Part shown: piece after piece, positions 38,080 to 47,273 of the stretch | Layout of the letters: each line of letters starts with the position of its first letter | How positions within the stretch are numbered: position 1 is the first letter of the stretch | Translations under genes and position numbers: made by a program | From: an uncultured Candidatus Sumerlaeota bacterium | GTDB taxonomy: Bacteria; Sumerlaeota; Sumerlaeia; SLMS01 | NCBI GenBank assembly: GCA_964437365.1 | Contig: CAYTGM010000013.1 | Coordinates: 22,815-86,814 of the forward strand | Length of the DNA: 64,000 bases | Reading direction: 5' to 3' | Notes under the pieces: model-generated | What the model was told of the DNA's origin: nothing | Databases searched by the model: none | What the model saw: only the letters and a program-made list of their open reading frames with translations

Positions 38080-38747
38080 AGAAGCATGCCTTTACATTGA
38101 TTGAGCTCCTCATTGTAGTAACCATTATCGCAATCCTCGCTGCCATTGCTCTGGTTAACCTTCGTCTGGCGATGGAAAGATCCATGAAATCAGCAGACAT
38201 GGCGAACATGAAGGTGATTGGCTCGGGGTTGCAGATGTACTTTGTAGACTACGGGACATTGCCTCCTGCTGATAGAGAAGCGGCTCCTTATCCTTCCTTT
38301 GGTAGCTCCTTCACGACCATTGGAAATGGGCCAGCTGCCGGAGGCTCGTGGGACGGCGTCCCCTGGATACTTGTAGACAAGGGATATATCTCCGACTGGC
38401 GAACTCTTTTCAATCCCAAGTATCTCAAACGGTATGGTTCAGGCACCACGATAAAGGGAGACTATCCACGGTTTCACAACTTTCGCTACGCATATAATGC
38501 TTCAGCCATATCTTCTGGCGGCGTAACTGGTGGTACTGGCAACATCAACTCCGGTGAAGTCTGGATTCTCCGAAATCTCTGGATCGACCCGGAAGCTGGA
38601 TGGTATGGCTCCTCTTACCCGAATTACCCGGCTGACTACGACTTTCCATGGAGTGACGCAGAATACACAGATCGACTGGAGCATGTCCTCTTCGCTGATA
38701 TGGCCGTCAAAACAGTTGTAGGCGGCACTGATGAGATTGTCAGGTGA
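38076..38747 (+). CDS. Prepilin-type N-terminal cleavage/methylation domain protein
   Basis: MKKHA|FTLIELLIVVTIIAILAAIA (Ala-1, Phe1, Glu5); ATGA overlap with the upstream gene; C-terminal HVLFADMAV. Confidence 0.9.
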   Translation: MKKHAFTLIELLIVVTIIAILAAIALVNLRLAMERSMKSADMANMKVIGSGLQMYFVDYGTLPPADREAAPYPSFGSSFTTIGNGPAAGGSWDGVPWILVDKGYISDWRTLFNPKYLKRYGSGTTIKGDYPRFHNFRYAYNASAISSGGVTGGTGNINSGEVWILRNLWIDPEAGWYGSSYPNYPADYDFPWSDAEYTDRLEHVLFADMAVKTVVGGTDEIVR

Positions 38748-38764
38748 AGGACAACGACTAAATC

Positions 38765-39670
38765 ATGATTTGTCGATTGTACTTTCTCGTTTTAACCTTC
38801 CTCCTGACAACTCAGACTCTACTTGGATCTGAATCAGGACAGTCCGATAGCCACGATACTAAAAGCACATCTACCCTAAGAATCATCTCTCTAACTCCAT
38901 CTATCACGGAAACGCTCTTCACCATAGGAGCGGGAGAACAGGTTATCGGCCGTACGAAGTATTGTCTATACCCTCCAGAGGCAAAGACCCTTCAGACACT
39001 TGGTGGTTATTTTGACCTTGAACTGGAAAAAGTGCTGAAAATGAAGCCCGACCTGGTGGTCATGATGAAAGGTGCTCACTCCGTCGAAGCGCAGCTTAAA
39101 CAATTGAACATCAACGTCCTTTCCTATCAAATGGAAAGTATCAGTGATATACGAGAAGTTATCAAGGAGCTCTCATCTGAACTACAGACTGGGGAAAACG
39201 GAGAAAGAGCACTTCGAAACTTCGACCAGGAGATCAACACAGTAAAAGAGAACTCGAAGTCAGTTTCGAAGAAAGGTCTTTCTGCGCTCCTTGTGATGGA
39301 CCGACAAATCGGTAACTTTGATGAAATGTTCAGCACAGGCCCAGGAACATTCCTCGAAGAGCTGATCCTTCTCATGGGGCTTTCAAATTCAACAAACGAC
39401 GCTGATGCCCCCTACCCTACTGTATCGCTCGAATCCATTATCAAGAAGAAGCCTGAAGTAATCATAGAAGTGCGTACTGGTACACTCAATAATATGAATA
39501 TATCAGAAGCTTCCGTTACGAGAGAATGGACTGACTTGTACGAGACCTTTGGATTAACACCTCCCAAAGTTATCCTTATCGAGGATCCTCACCTTACGAT
39601 TCCGGGACCGGGCATCACGGAGAGCCTCAAGTCGCTTCAACACAAGCTGAACGAAAAGCTTTCTCAATGA
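38765..39670 (+). CDS. BtuF-like ABC transporter substrate-binding protein
   Basis: RIISLTPSITETLFTIGAG, LELEKVLKMKPDLVV, SLESIIKKKPEVII, PGP; downstream of the B12 riboswitch. Confidence 0.88.
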   Translation: MICRLYFLVLTFLLTTQTLLGSESGQSDSHDTKSTSTLRIISLTPSITETLFTIGAGEQVIGRTKYCLYPPEAKTLQTLGGYFDLELEKVLKMKPDLVVMMKGAHSVEAQLKQLNINVLSYQMESISDIREVIKELSSELQTGENGERALRNFDQEINTVKENSKSVSKKGLSALLVMDRQIGNFDEMFSTGPGTFLEELILLMGLSNSTNDADAPYPTVSLESIIKKKPEVIIEVRTGTLNNMNISEASVTREWTDLYETFGLTPPKVILIEDPHLTIPGPGITESLKSLQHKLNEKLSQ

Positions 39671-40470
39671 AGGAGAGCGATTTCATCTATACTTTATCAG
39701 AAGTAAACTTCTGCTATCCTGGAACAGCAAGTAAAGCTCTTAGTGATATTGATCTAAACCTTCCGGCCGGTAAGTTTTTTGGAATCATCGGTCCCAACGG
39801 CTCAGGAAAATCAACGCTGCTGAAAATCTTGTCAGGTTGGAACCAACCGGACACAGGAAACGTTCTATATAGCCATAAACCCATTCAATCCTTTCAAAGA
39901 CGCCAACTTGCTTCTAGAATCTCTTTCCTGTCTCAATCAGAAACGCACCCTTTTGCCTATCGTGTAAAAGAGATCGTAGCGATGGGCCTTCTTCCCCAGC
40001 GATTAAACACCGGTAAGAAAGAAGAAAGAGCTCTTATCGATGAAGAGGCAATGATCTCTAAAATCCTGCAATGGGTCGGCGTGGAACAACATCTGGATCG
40101 ATATACAAGCAGTCTATCGGGCGGCGAAAGGCAGAGGGTTCTCCTAGCAAGAACTCTTGCTCAGAACCCGGAAACCCTGCTGCTGGATGAACCAACAACA
40201 TACCTTGATCCAGAGGGTCAGAAACGGTGCCTGTCATTGATAAGATCACTTGTGGATGAGGAACGATTGACGGCCATTGGAGTGTTTCATGATATTAATC
40301 TCGCATCTGCCTTCTGTGACCATCTTATTATGCTCAAGGAAGGCAAAGTCTTTCAATCTGGTCCTCTCAGTGAAGTACTAACAAAAGAGAACTTGAAAGG
40401 TCTCTTCCAGGTGGATTTTCATCTTAGCGAAGATTCCAAAGGTAGACCGTGGGCGAGGATGGAATTGTGA
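39667..40470 (+). CDS. BtuD/FecE-like ABC transporter ATP-binding protein
   Basis: GPNGSGKST, LSGGERQRV, LLLDEPT, HDINLA. Confidence 0.92.
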   Translation: MKESDFIYTLSEVNFCYPGTASKALSDIDLNLPAGKFFGIIGPNGSGKSTLLKILSGWNQPDTGNVLYSHKPIQSFQRRQLASRISFLSQSETHPFAYRVKEIVAMGLLPQRLNTGKKEERALIDEEAMISKILQWVGVEQHLDRYTSSLSGGERQRVLLARTLAQNPETLLLDEPTTYLDPEGQKRCLSLIRSLVDEERLTAIGVFHDINLASAFCDHLIMLKEGKVFQSGPLSEVLTKENLKGLFQVDFHLSEDSKGRPWARMEL

Positions 40471-41528
40471 CAATCCACACACGTATTTTTAAGGAAATCT
40501 CTTCCTCAACGGAGATGCCTGACCAGTCACCTGCGAAAAGGCAGGACGGCAATCGATTGGTTGTCTGTTTAGCCTCATTTGCCTTTCTACTTCTCGCTCT
40601 TGCGCTTTGTCCCTTTGTAGGATATGCAGATGTTGGTATCGACATTCTCTGGAATTCTGAGAATTACGCGGAAACAGACCGTCAGATCTTTTTTCTACTA
40701 CGCCTTCCAAGAGTTCTCTTTGCTGCTCTCGCTGGGGCCGCTCTCTCTATCGCCGGGGTTGTCTATCAGGCAACACTGAGAAACGATCTGGCAGAGCCAT
40801 TCTCCCTGGGAGTCGCAGGAGGTGCAGCCCTGGGCGCTGTTCTTGGTATGCAAGTCAGCTTTCTATCTTCCTATGCTGCTTCGGTCCCGCTTCTTGCCTT
40901 CACAGGATCAATAGCTGCTATATTTATCGTATACACAATTTCCATGAGGAGAGGTGGAACGCTTTCACCCGAAACACTCATTCTGGCCGGAGTTGCCCTG
41001 AACCTGTTCTTTGGAGCAATCATTCTTGTTGTACAGTATCTGACCGATCCGTATCAAACAGTCCAGATCATTCGCTGGATGATGGGTGGAATTCCAGTTG
41101 TCGGCAAAGCACAACTCTTTGTCGGTATCGCTATCCTTCTTGTTTCATGGCTCACGCTCATGACCCTTTCGAAACAAATCGATATACTGACCCTCGGCGA
41201 GTTTCCCGCTTTTCACTTGGGAGTGTCCGTAGGAAAACTACGCCTCATAACACTTACAATTGGGTCAGTTCTGACGGCAGCTGTTGTATCTGTGGCAGGA
41301 CCAATCGGATTTGTCGGGCTGATTATTCCTCATATCATGAGACGCATCGGCGGAGCGACTCACGGTTACCTGCTGATAGCTGCACCACTGGCCGGAGGGG
41401 CATTTCTTGTCTGTTGTGACACTCTTGCCAGGACACTCCTCGACGGAACCGAGTTACCAGTCGGCATTCTGACGGCAGCTCTCGGATCTCCATTCTTCAT
41501 TTGGATTCTCTGGAGGAAGAAAAAGTAA
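40449..41528 (+). CDS. BtuC/FecD-like ABC transporter permease (start may be ATG 40514)
   Basis: LRLPRV, QATLRNDLAEPFSLGVAGGA, GPIGFVGLIIPH, ELPVGILT. Confidence 0.92.
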   Translation: MGEDGIVTIHTRIFKEISSSTEMPDQSPAKRQDGNRLVVCLASFAFLLLALALCPFVGYADVGIDILWNSENYAETDRQIFFLLRLPRVLFAALAGAALSIAGVVYQATLRNDLAEPFSLGVAGGAALGAVLGMQVSFLSSYAASVPLLAFTGSIAAIFIVYTISMRRGGTLSPETLILAGVALNLFFGAIILVVQYLTDPYQTVQIIRWMMGGIPVVGKAQLFVGIAILLVSWLTLMTLSKQIDILTLGEFPAFHLGVSVGKLRLITLTIGSVLTAAVVSVAGPIGFVGLIIPHIMRRIGGATHGYLLIAAPLAGGAFLVCCDTLARTLLDGTELPVGILTAALGSPFFIWILWRKKK

Positions 41529-41529
41529 G

Positions 41530-42612
41530 TTATCTGACCTTGAAGCGATGAATACCATAGGGAGCTTCTGGATTAGCTCCTTCGTGTATCCGAGCAGTCG
41601 TGAAGTAAATCGAGTCGTTTGGCCCGAGACTGAATGAATCCGGCCAGCTGATAGCCTCGCCCGAAACAACAGTTTCTACTTCTCCTGAGCTGGTAGTGCG
41701 TCGGATCGCGTTATGTTCAAGAGCTGAGATATATACCTTACCGTCAGGACCAAAAATAAGGCCATCGGAAGCCCCTGTTTCTCCAACTACTTGAACACGA
41801 CTTGCGAGTTCTGAAGACGTAAGTGACCCATTTCTCAAGTCAGCGCCGCTAATGCTATACATGGTCCGGCCTGTCAGCGCCTGATAAAAGACCGTATCTG
41901 AAGCAGCATCATAAGCAATCCCGTCTGCATGGACCTCGCGTTTTTCTCCATTCTGAAGCCATTGGTCCCCCTCGATAGTAAGGATGACATCTTCCGCTTC
42001 TGTCGAGGGATGATCGTCCAGGAGACGTCGAATGACGCCTGTATTCATATCAGCAACGATTAGTGCGCCATCGCCGGAATCTGTGATATAGGCGACTTCT
42101 CTCGCTGTATCGATACGCACATCGTTCAAATAACTTGTTTCTTTTGTAATATTTGAGGGGAAGAGAATGGATTGTTCTATTTCACCAGACTCAAGATTGA
42201 TCTGAAGAAGTTTTGCTCCACCCGAGACGACGCCTTGAAATTTCGGGTTCGCGGGATCAAGTATCCAAAGACGATTTTTGTCGTCGATAAAGACAGACTG
42301 AACACAGACGAAATGGCTGTAGGGATCTTTTCCTTCATCCCAGCTGTTCATAGCTGCATTCGGATAAGGGACTGGCTTTCCATCAACAAGTTCTGCGACG
42401 GAGATGGGTACATCATCAGACCAGCGAGGGTAATTAACGAAGATGCGATTGTCCTGTGAAACCGCAATACCCGTCCATTGACGATCTGAGGTCGCCACTG
42501 TTTCCAGTTCAGGAGCCGTGTAGGTATTGATTGTTTCCTGCACAGTGGCGCAAGAGGTGAGGAGAATAGTGGTCGAGACTAAAAACGTCGACGTTATCTT
42601 AGCTGGCTTCAT
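41530..42612 (-). CDS. Major royal jelly protein/SMP-30-like beta-propeller lipoprotein
   Basis: LLTSC lipobox from ATG 42612; WTGIAVS..RIFVNYPRW, RLWILD, YLNDVRID, AYITDSG, ADGIA, WPDSF. Confidence 0.85.
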   Translation of the reverse strand: MKPAKITSTFLVSTTILLTSCATVQETINTYTAPELETVATSDRQWTGIAVSQDNRIFVNYPRWSDDVPISVAELVDGKPVPYPNAAMNSWDEGKDPYSHFVCVQSVFIDDKNRLWILDPANPKFQGVVSGGAKLLQINLESGEIEQSILFPSNITKETSYLNDVRIDTAREVAYITDSGDGALIVADMNTGVIRRLLDDHPSTEAEDVILTIEGDQWLQNGEKREVHADGIAYDAASDTVFYQALTGRTMYSISGADLRNGSLTSSELASRVQVVGETGASDGLIFGPDGKVYISALEHNAIRRTTSSGEVETVVSGEAISWPDSFSLGPNDSIYFTTARIHEGANPEAPYGIHRFKVR

Positions 42613-42694
42613 ATTTTTGTCCGTCCTGAGAAATGTGGTTGGATTCCTGTCATTATTTACGGGCGAGCAAAATCCGGGCAAGACCCGCGGAGGG

Positions 42695-42980
42695 AACGGT
42701 TAAAACCGTGGGGGGATGGGGGAATATCAGGTGCGCAGGTTAAAACCCGCGCCTCGGCTAAAGCCTCGCTACGCTCGAAGTGAATAGCCCCTTGAAACTG
42801 TGCTGCGCGGAACAACAGCAGTTGCGAATCCTTAGAAATGAATCTGCGTCTCGGAATCACCTTCCATCATAAGGCCCCTCTCAACCCCTCCGAGCGAAGC
42901 GAGACTTTAGCCGAGGCTCGTACTTTAGTACGAGCACACCTCCCCGTCCCTCAACACCCCATCAACCGTTTCAACGGTTT
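42695..42980. repeat. Composite REP/REPIN-like element, copy A
   Basis: Outer hairpins AACGGT-TAAA-ACCGT and AACCGTT-TCA-ACGGTT enclose inverted REP units at 42731-42777 and 42891-42935. Confidence 0.85.
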
Positions 42981-43491
42981 CTAGATCCTCGAAGTACGCA
43001 CCTTCGAAGTCGTATGGAGCCTCATCCTCTTCAATGAAACCATCGCCCTCCGCTATATCTTTCAATCCAGCCCTTTCCATCATGATGACAAACTCTTCTC
43101 GAAAGGACAGATTTCGATGATGGACTTTCTGATTATCGATATACGAACACACCTGAGGTAACTTATCGTAAGAGACAGAAAAAACCGCATACGACCTCTG
43201 CCAGCGAAATTTTTCATGCGATATTTGATGCTTATTGATCCAATAAGAACTTGACCCTTTGAAGTACTTCACAAGTTCCTCAAGTGTATAGTTTGTTGGC
43301 ATATTAATGAGAATATGAACGTGATCCGGATTTACATAGAGCGTCAGAAGTTCAACCCCTTTCTCCTTCAGATATACCTGAAGAAAACCTGCTACTCGGC
43401 GCCCTCCTTCATCGTTTAGAGATGCACGGCGGTCTTTTGTCGACCAGACAAAGTGCTGGTAGGATTGAACATGGGTTCGTTTAGACATCAT
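42925..43491 (-). mobile_element. tnpA: IS200/IS605-type Y1 (HUH) transposase, RAYT-like
   Basis: HFVWSTK, DHVHIL (HUH), FKGSSS, WQRSYAVFSVS and YIDNQ..HH (catalytic Tyr); flanked by REP-like hairpins; no tnpB. Confidence 0.9.
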
Positions 43492-43606
43492 CGCTGCCTT
43501 GAAGGAGATAGTTCAAATGTGTTTTGAGCGGAATAATGACGAAAGAAGATGGGCAGTCAATACAGATCCTATCCCGAATACATAGCGATACGTCGAAAAC
43601 GGCGAA

Positions 43607-43693
43607 AACGGTTAAAACCGTTATAATGAGGGTGGGACGACATCAGGTGCGCAGGTTAAAACCTGCGCCTCGGCTAAAGTCTCGCTACGCTCG
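43607..43693. repeat. Half REP element, copy B
   Basis: AACGGTTAAAACCGTT followed by GTGCGCAGGTTAAAACCTGCGCCTCGGCTAAAGTCTCGCTACGCTCG, upstream of tnpA. Confidence 0.85.
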
Positions 43694-43822
43694 GAGAGAA
43701 CTTCCCTATGAAATTTTGTAATATCAGGAACCATCATTGGGAAAATCTGAGGCGGAATGCACGCTTCGAATTCTTCTGCTGATAACGAACCTCTTTCTTC
43801 CCCCTTTGATTTACCATTGGAA

Positions 43823-44102
43823 AACGGTTAAAACCGTTCGGGGATGTGGGCCACATTAGACGTGCGCAGGTTAAAACCCGCGCCTCGACTAAAGCCTCGC
43901 TGCGCTCGGAGCGAACTGCGCCATTCAATTGTACTCCGAATAGCAAGAGTAGCTGTGAGTCCTGAAAGTGAATTCGCGTCTCGGAATCACCTTCCATCAA
44001 AAGGCCTATCAAAACCCTTCCGAGCGAAGCGAGACTTTAGCCGAGGCTCGCACTTCAGTGCGAGCATGCATCGAAACTCCCCCCCAACCGTTTCAACGGT
44101 TT
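43823..44102. repeat. Composite REP/REPIN-like element, copy C
   Basis: Same architecture as copy A; shares the identical 24-bp inner core GCGTCTCGGAATCACCTTCCATCA. Confidence 0.85.
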
Positions 44103-44106
44103 CTCC

Positions 44107-44814
44107 CTACACCACCTCAATCCGTCGCCAAACCACCTTTTCTCCGGGCGTATAGCCAGGACTTAACCCGAGGATTTCCAACCCGAGCGTATCTCCCACC
44201 TCATAAGTGAATTTCGTTTGAATCTGTATAGACTCGTCAAATTCCTGGCCCGAGTGGTAGCTCTCCTGTGGGAAATCGCTCGCCGACGTAATCGTGCTTT
44301 TCTCTGCTTTCATCGCGGCAGATCGGAGAGGTGGCGACACATGGACGCGCCACATCGCTTTCCCCTGACCATACCCATGGGAGAAACGAATCCTCAAGGC
44401 GTCATTGCTGATATGCTCAACAACTGGCTCTGGGTCAGGCACACGAACGACCTCAGCCTCAGGCGCAGCAAGAACGACCGTCTGCCCTGCAATTAACCGA
44501 TGAATGTTTACCTGCTGAAAGGCACCGTAAACTCGACGTGGAGCCCGATATAAACAACTCCCCCGTTTCCTTAGAAAGGCAGTGTATGCCTCCCAATCTC
44601 GCACCTGTGCGAGTGTGAGCTTTTTATACTCACGAGAAACACGCTGCATCGCTGCGCGATAGGCAAGCTGAAGCGGTGTTTCCGGGTCATTAACATTCGC
44701 GGAACTCTTGATGAATGCTCGACCTTCAACCTCATATATGACGGGAGAATTTTCGTCGGGTCCGATCTTGCCTCGTAGTGAAGCAATCGGTGGAGTAAGT
44801 TTAACTTTAGCCAT
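44107..44814 (-). CDS. Hypothetical protein with DUF6266-like N-terminus
   Basis: MAKVKL..IASLRGKIG...IY...G..FIK....NDPET..Q..YR recognised by eye; GAGGA SD-like sequence upstream. Confidence 0.65.
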   Translation of the reverse strand: MAKVKLTPPIASLRGKIGPDENSPVIYEVEGRAFIKSSANVNDPETPLQLAYRAAMQRVSREYKKLTLAQVRDWEAYTAFLRKRGSCLYRAPRRVYGAFQQVNIHRLIAGQTVVLAAPEAEVVRVPDPEPVVEHISNDALRIRFSHGYGQGKAMWRVHVSPPLRSAAMKAEKSTITSASDFPQESYHSGQEFDESIQIQTKFTYEVGDTLGLEILGLSPGYTPGEKVVWRRIEVV

Positions 44815-45003
44815 AGCTGTCTATATCCTCATCACCTCCCGCGTGTAACCCGGGAGATCGTATTCTGATCACATGAAAACCAAGTGAGGAGAAGAACGTA
44901 CAGCGAAGTCAGTTTGCTGTCAAGATGGTGACAGTAATTTTACATGAAGTTTACCCGGATACAACCTGTGTATCGTCAGGCTCTATCCTCGATAAGCAAC
45001 GAG

Positions 45004-45036
45004 GCAGAATGCAGCCAGAATGCAGGCAGGAAGCAG
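45004..45036. repeat. Degenerate 11-bp tandem repeat, three units
   Basis: GCAGAATGCAG CCAGAATGCAG GCAGGAAGCAG. Confidence 0.55.
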
Positions 45037-45107
45037 GAGGGAGAAGGGTTGTTGAAGCTTATGTTCTTGGAGATTTAGCGGCTCATCAGCTATAAAATAA
45101 AAGGAAA

Positions 45108-45138
45108 GCGGCTTCCGGTGAGAGAGGTCGGAAGCCGC
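45108..45138 (-). terminator. Intrinsic terminator of the pilin-like gene
   Basis: GCGGCTTCCG...CGGAAGCCGC stem with an A-rich tract on its left (U-tract on the minus strand). Confidence 0.8.
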
Positions 45139-45171
45139 GTTATTACCTAAGATGGAAGGAATCGAATTTGA

Positions 45172-45834
45172 TTAGTTATTAGCCATACCAGCTTCGCTTG
45201 GAACTTCACCACCGGAGCGGATAATGTCACCACGGCTGATTGTTCCGTTTGTTGGGTCGTAAACACCCTCAACAATGTGTGAATCGGGCTGGTTACCAAC
45301 TGCCACGTTATAGACGCGCCAGTTAATCGCGTCCTGAAGCTTGTCTGGACCCAGACTCCAGGAAATCCAACCTGCGTAATCTTGTGGTGCTCCTGAACCG
45401 TAGTCCTGAGTGAAAGTCTGAAATGTCTGATAGCTGATATAGTCTTGATCATAAACGGTACCTGCGCCGGGAATACCTGGCGCGTTTGTAATCTGACCCT
45501 TTTCGATGAAGATATCGAGCATCATATCCACTGAAGTCAAATACGCGATGGGCGTCGTCAAACGATAGAGGCATTTGTTGGCTTCAAGATAGATACCACC
45601 AGACTGTCCCTGCCAGCTATAATGAGGTGGATACCGGTTATTATCAACAAAATAGGTTTCAATGCCGGTGGCCATAGACCGCATGTCAGCTTTCATCCGT
45701 GAGACTTTACTTCTTGTTTGAGCCTCAAGGAAGTTTGGAACTGCGATCGCAGCGAGAATGGCGATGATGGCTACAACGATGAGCAGTTCGATGAGCGTAA
45801 ACGCCTTGTTTGGTTTGGGGGTAAATGTACGCAC
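45172..45834 (-). CDS. Prepilin-type N-terminal cleavage/methylation domain protein
   Basis: NKA|FTLIELLIVVAIIAILAAIAVPNFLEAQTRSKVSRMKADMRS; C-terminal WSLGPD and YDPTNGTISRGDI. Confidence 0.92.
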   Translation of the reverse strand: MRTFTPKPNKAFTLIELLIVVAIIAILAAIAVPNFLEAQTRSKVSRMKADMRSMATGIETYFVDNNRYPPHYSWQGQSGGIYLEANKCLYRLTTPIAYLTSVDMMLDIFIEKGQITNAPGIPGAGTVYDQDYISYQTFQTFTQDYGSGAPQDYAGWISWSLGPDKLQDAINWRVYNVAVGNQPDSHIVEGVYDPTNGTISRGDIIRSGGEVPSEAGMANN

Positions 45835-46366
45835 TTTAAATCTCCTTAACGAGTGTCCCTTGCTTAATGGTTTAAGAAGAACAGAAACCGATGCTCTTGT
45901 CGAGCATTTTTTTCATCCTCTGACATAAATATCTCGAGCACTGACGATTCGATCTAACGACGAAACCCTCTGTGCTTGAGTGACATTCGCCAACCGTAGC
46001 GGTCCAAACCACCTGACCGAAATATAATTCATCCGCCATCTTAAGGTCAGAATAATGTCAATCCTCCTCATACAGATGGAGCATTATCAGGTTAAACTTC
46101 GAAATCAACATTCACACGAGCGGTACAAAGGTCCTGCAGAAGGAAGAGCAAATCCAGACAGATTCTGTGTAGTAAACAAGAATCGCTAAACAGAAATGTC
46201 TCTCGTTCTTTCGCCGAAACGGCGAGAGCTCTTGGAACTCCCCTCGTGCGAAAATCCTTAATTTCAGAATAAAATGGCTTGAGAATCGTTTAAGTAGCAC
46301 TTCTACTCTCAACCGAGGCAGGTAAATCTGAGGATTTTTCTGCCTTAGCAATGAAGGAACGAAACT

Positions 46367-47248
46367 GTGGCTCGACTGAACCGAAATAATAACCACCAAC
46401 CCACCCTTCGTCATGATCTCAGCTTTATCTCGCTGATCGATCTTCCAACATGGAGTACTGGTCCCATCAATCTGCCAGAAATAGAGCAGCTGCAGGCCAT
46501 TAAGGCAGCAGGATATGAAGGGGTGCAGGGAGCTGATGCAAAACTCGCCCGACAGGTTGGCCTTGTCCCTACCGCCATGGGAAACATCCAACTCCCCGGC
46601 CAGATGAAAGAGGTCTGTCTGAAACATCGTGATGAAGGATATGAATGCATCACGATCCATATGGGGAGCGGCCTTGAATCCGCCTCGGAAGCTGCCAGAT
46701 TGACGGAGGATGTGCTGAAAGCCTCTGTTGAAACAGGTTTTCCTGTCTATATTGAAACACACCGTGCAACACTGACTCAGGATATATGGCGCACTGTTGA
46801 ACTGATCAAAGAATTCCCTGAGATAGAATTAAACATCGATTTTTCCCACTGGTACTCAGGACTGGAAATGCCCAATGGAAATTGGGAGCGCAAAATGGAG
46901 TTTATGCAGCCAGTATTTGAACGGGCCGCATACATGCACGGTCGTATTGGAAATTCAAGCCACATGCAGGTAAATATTGGAGATGGTCAAGGCTTCGTTT
47001 TTGTAGAACATTTTCGGGACCTGTGGACACGAACTTTCAGAGCCTTTCTTGCATCAGCAAAGCCGGGCGACATTCTGCCTTTTGCACCGGAGTTACTTTG
47101 GCCCGGTATTTTCTACGCCAGAGAATTTCCAGATGAGAAGGGTCATCTTCGAGAAGAATCAGATCGATGGGAGCAGTCCCTGGTTTTACGGCAGATTGCT
47201 CAAGAGTGTTTTGATCAAGCTCAAGAATCACTCCAGCTAACCGCATAG
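46367..47248 (+). CDS. Xylose isomerase-like TIM-barrel protein
   Basis: AGYEGVQ, YIETHRATLTQD, DFSHW, HGRIG, PELL. Confidence 0.75.
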   Translation: MARLNRNNNHQPTLRHDLSFISLIDLPTWSTGPINLPEIEQLQAIKAAGYEGVQGADAKLARQVGLVPTAMGNIQLPGQMKEVCLKHRDEGYECITIHMGSGLESASEAARLTEDVLKASVETGFPVYIETHRATLTQDIWRTVELIKEFPEIELNIDFSHWYSGLEMPNGNWERKMEFMQPVFERAAYMHGRIGNSSHMQVNIGDGQGFVFVEHFRDLWTRTFRAFLASAKPGDILPFAPELLWPGIFYAREFPDEKGHLREESDRWEQSLVLRQIAQECFDQAQESLQLTA

Positions 47249-47273
47249 AGACAGGAAGAAGAAAGAAAGACTC

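Noticed and set aside
42695-44102. Repeats as a CRISPR array
   Set aside because: Units are inverted and nested rather than regularly spaced direct repeats, and there are no cas genes.
45840-46100. Long leader upstream of the pilin-like gene as a c-di-GMP or other riboswitch
   Set aside because: No GEMM or other consensus recognised by eye; an Infernal/Rfam scan would be needed.
46112-46762. 216-aa minus-strand ORF
   Set aside because: Largely antisense to the well-supported 46367..47248 gene; no recognisable motif. The same applies to 4404..5060, 22843..23421 and the other short antisense ORFs.
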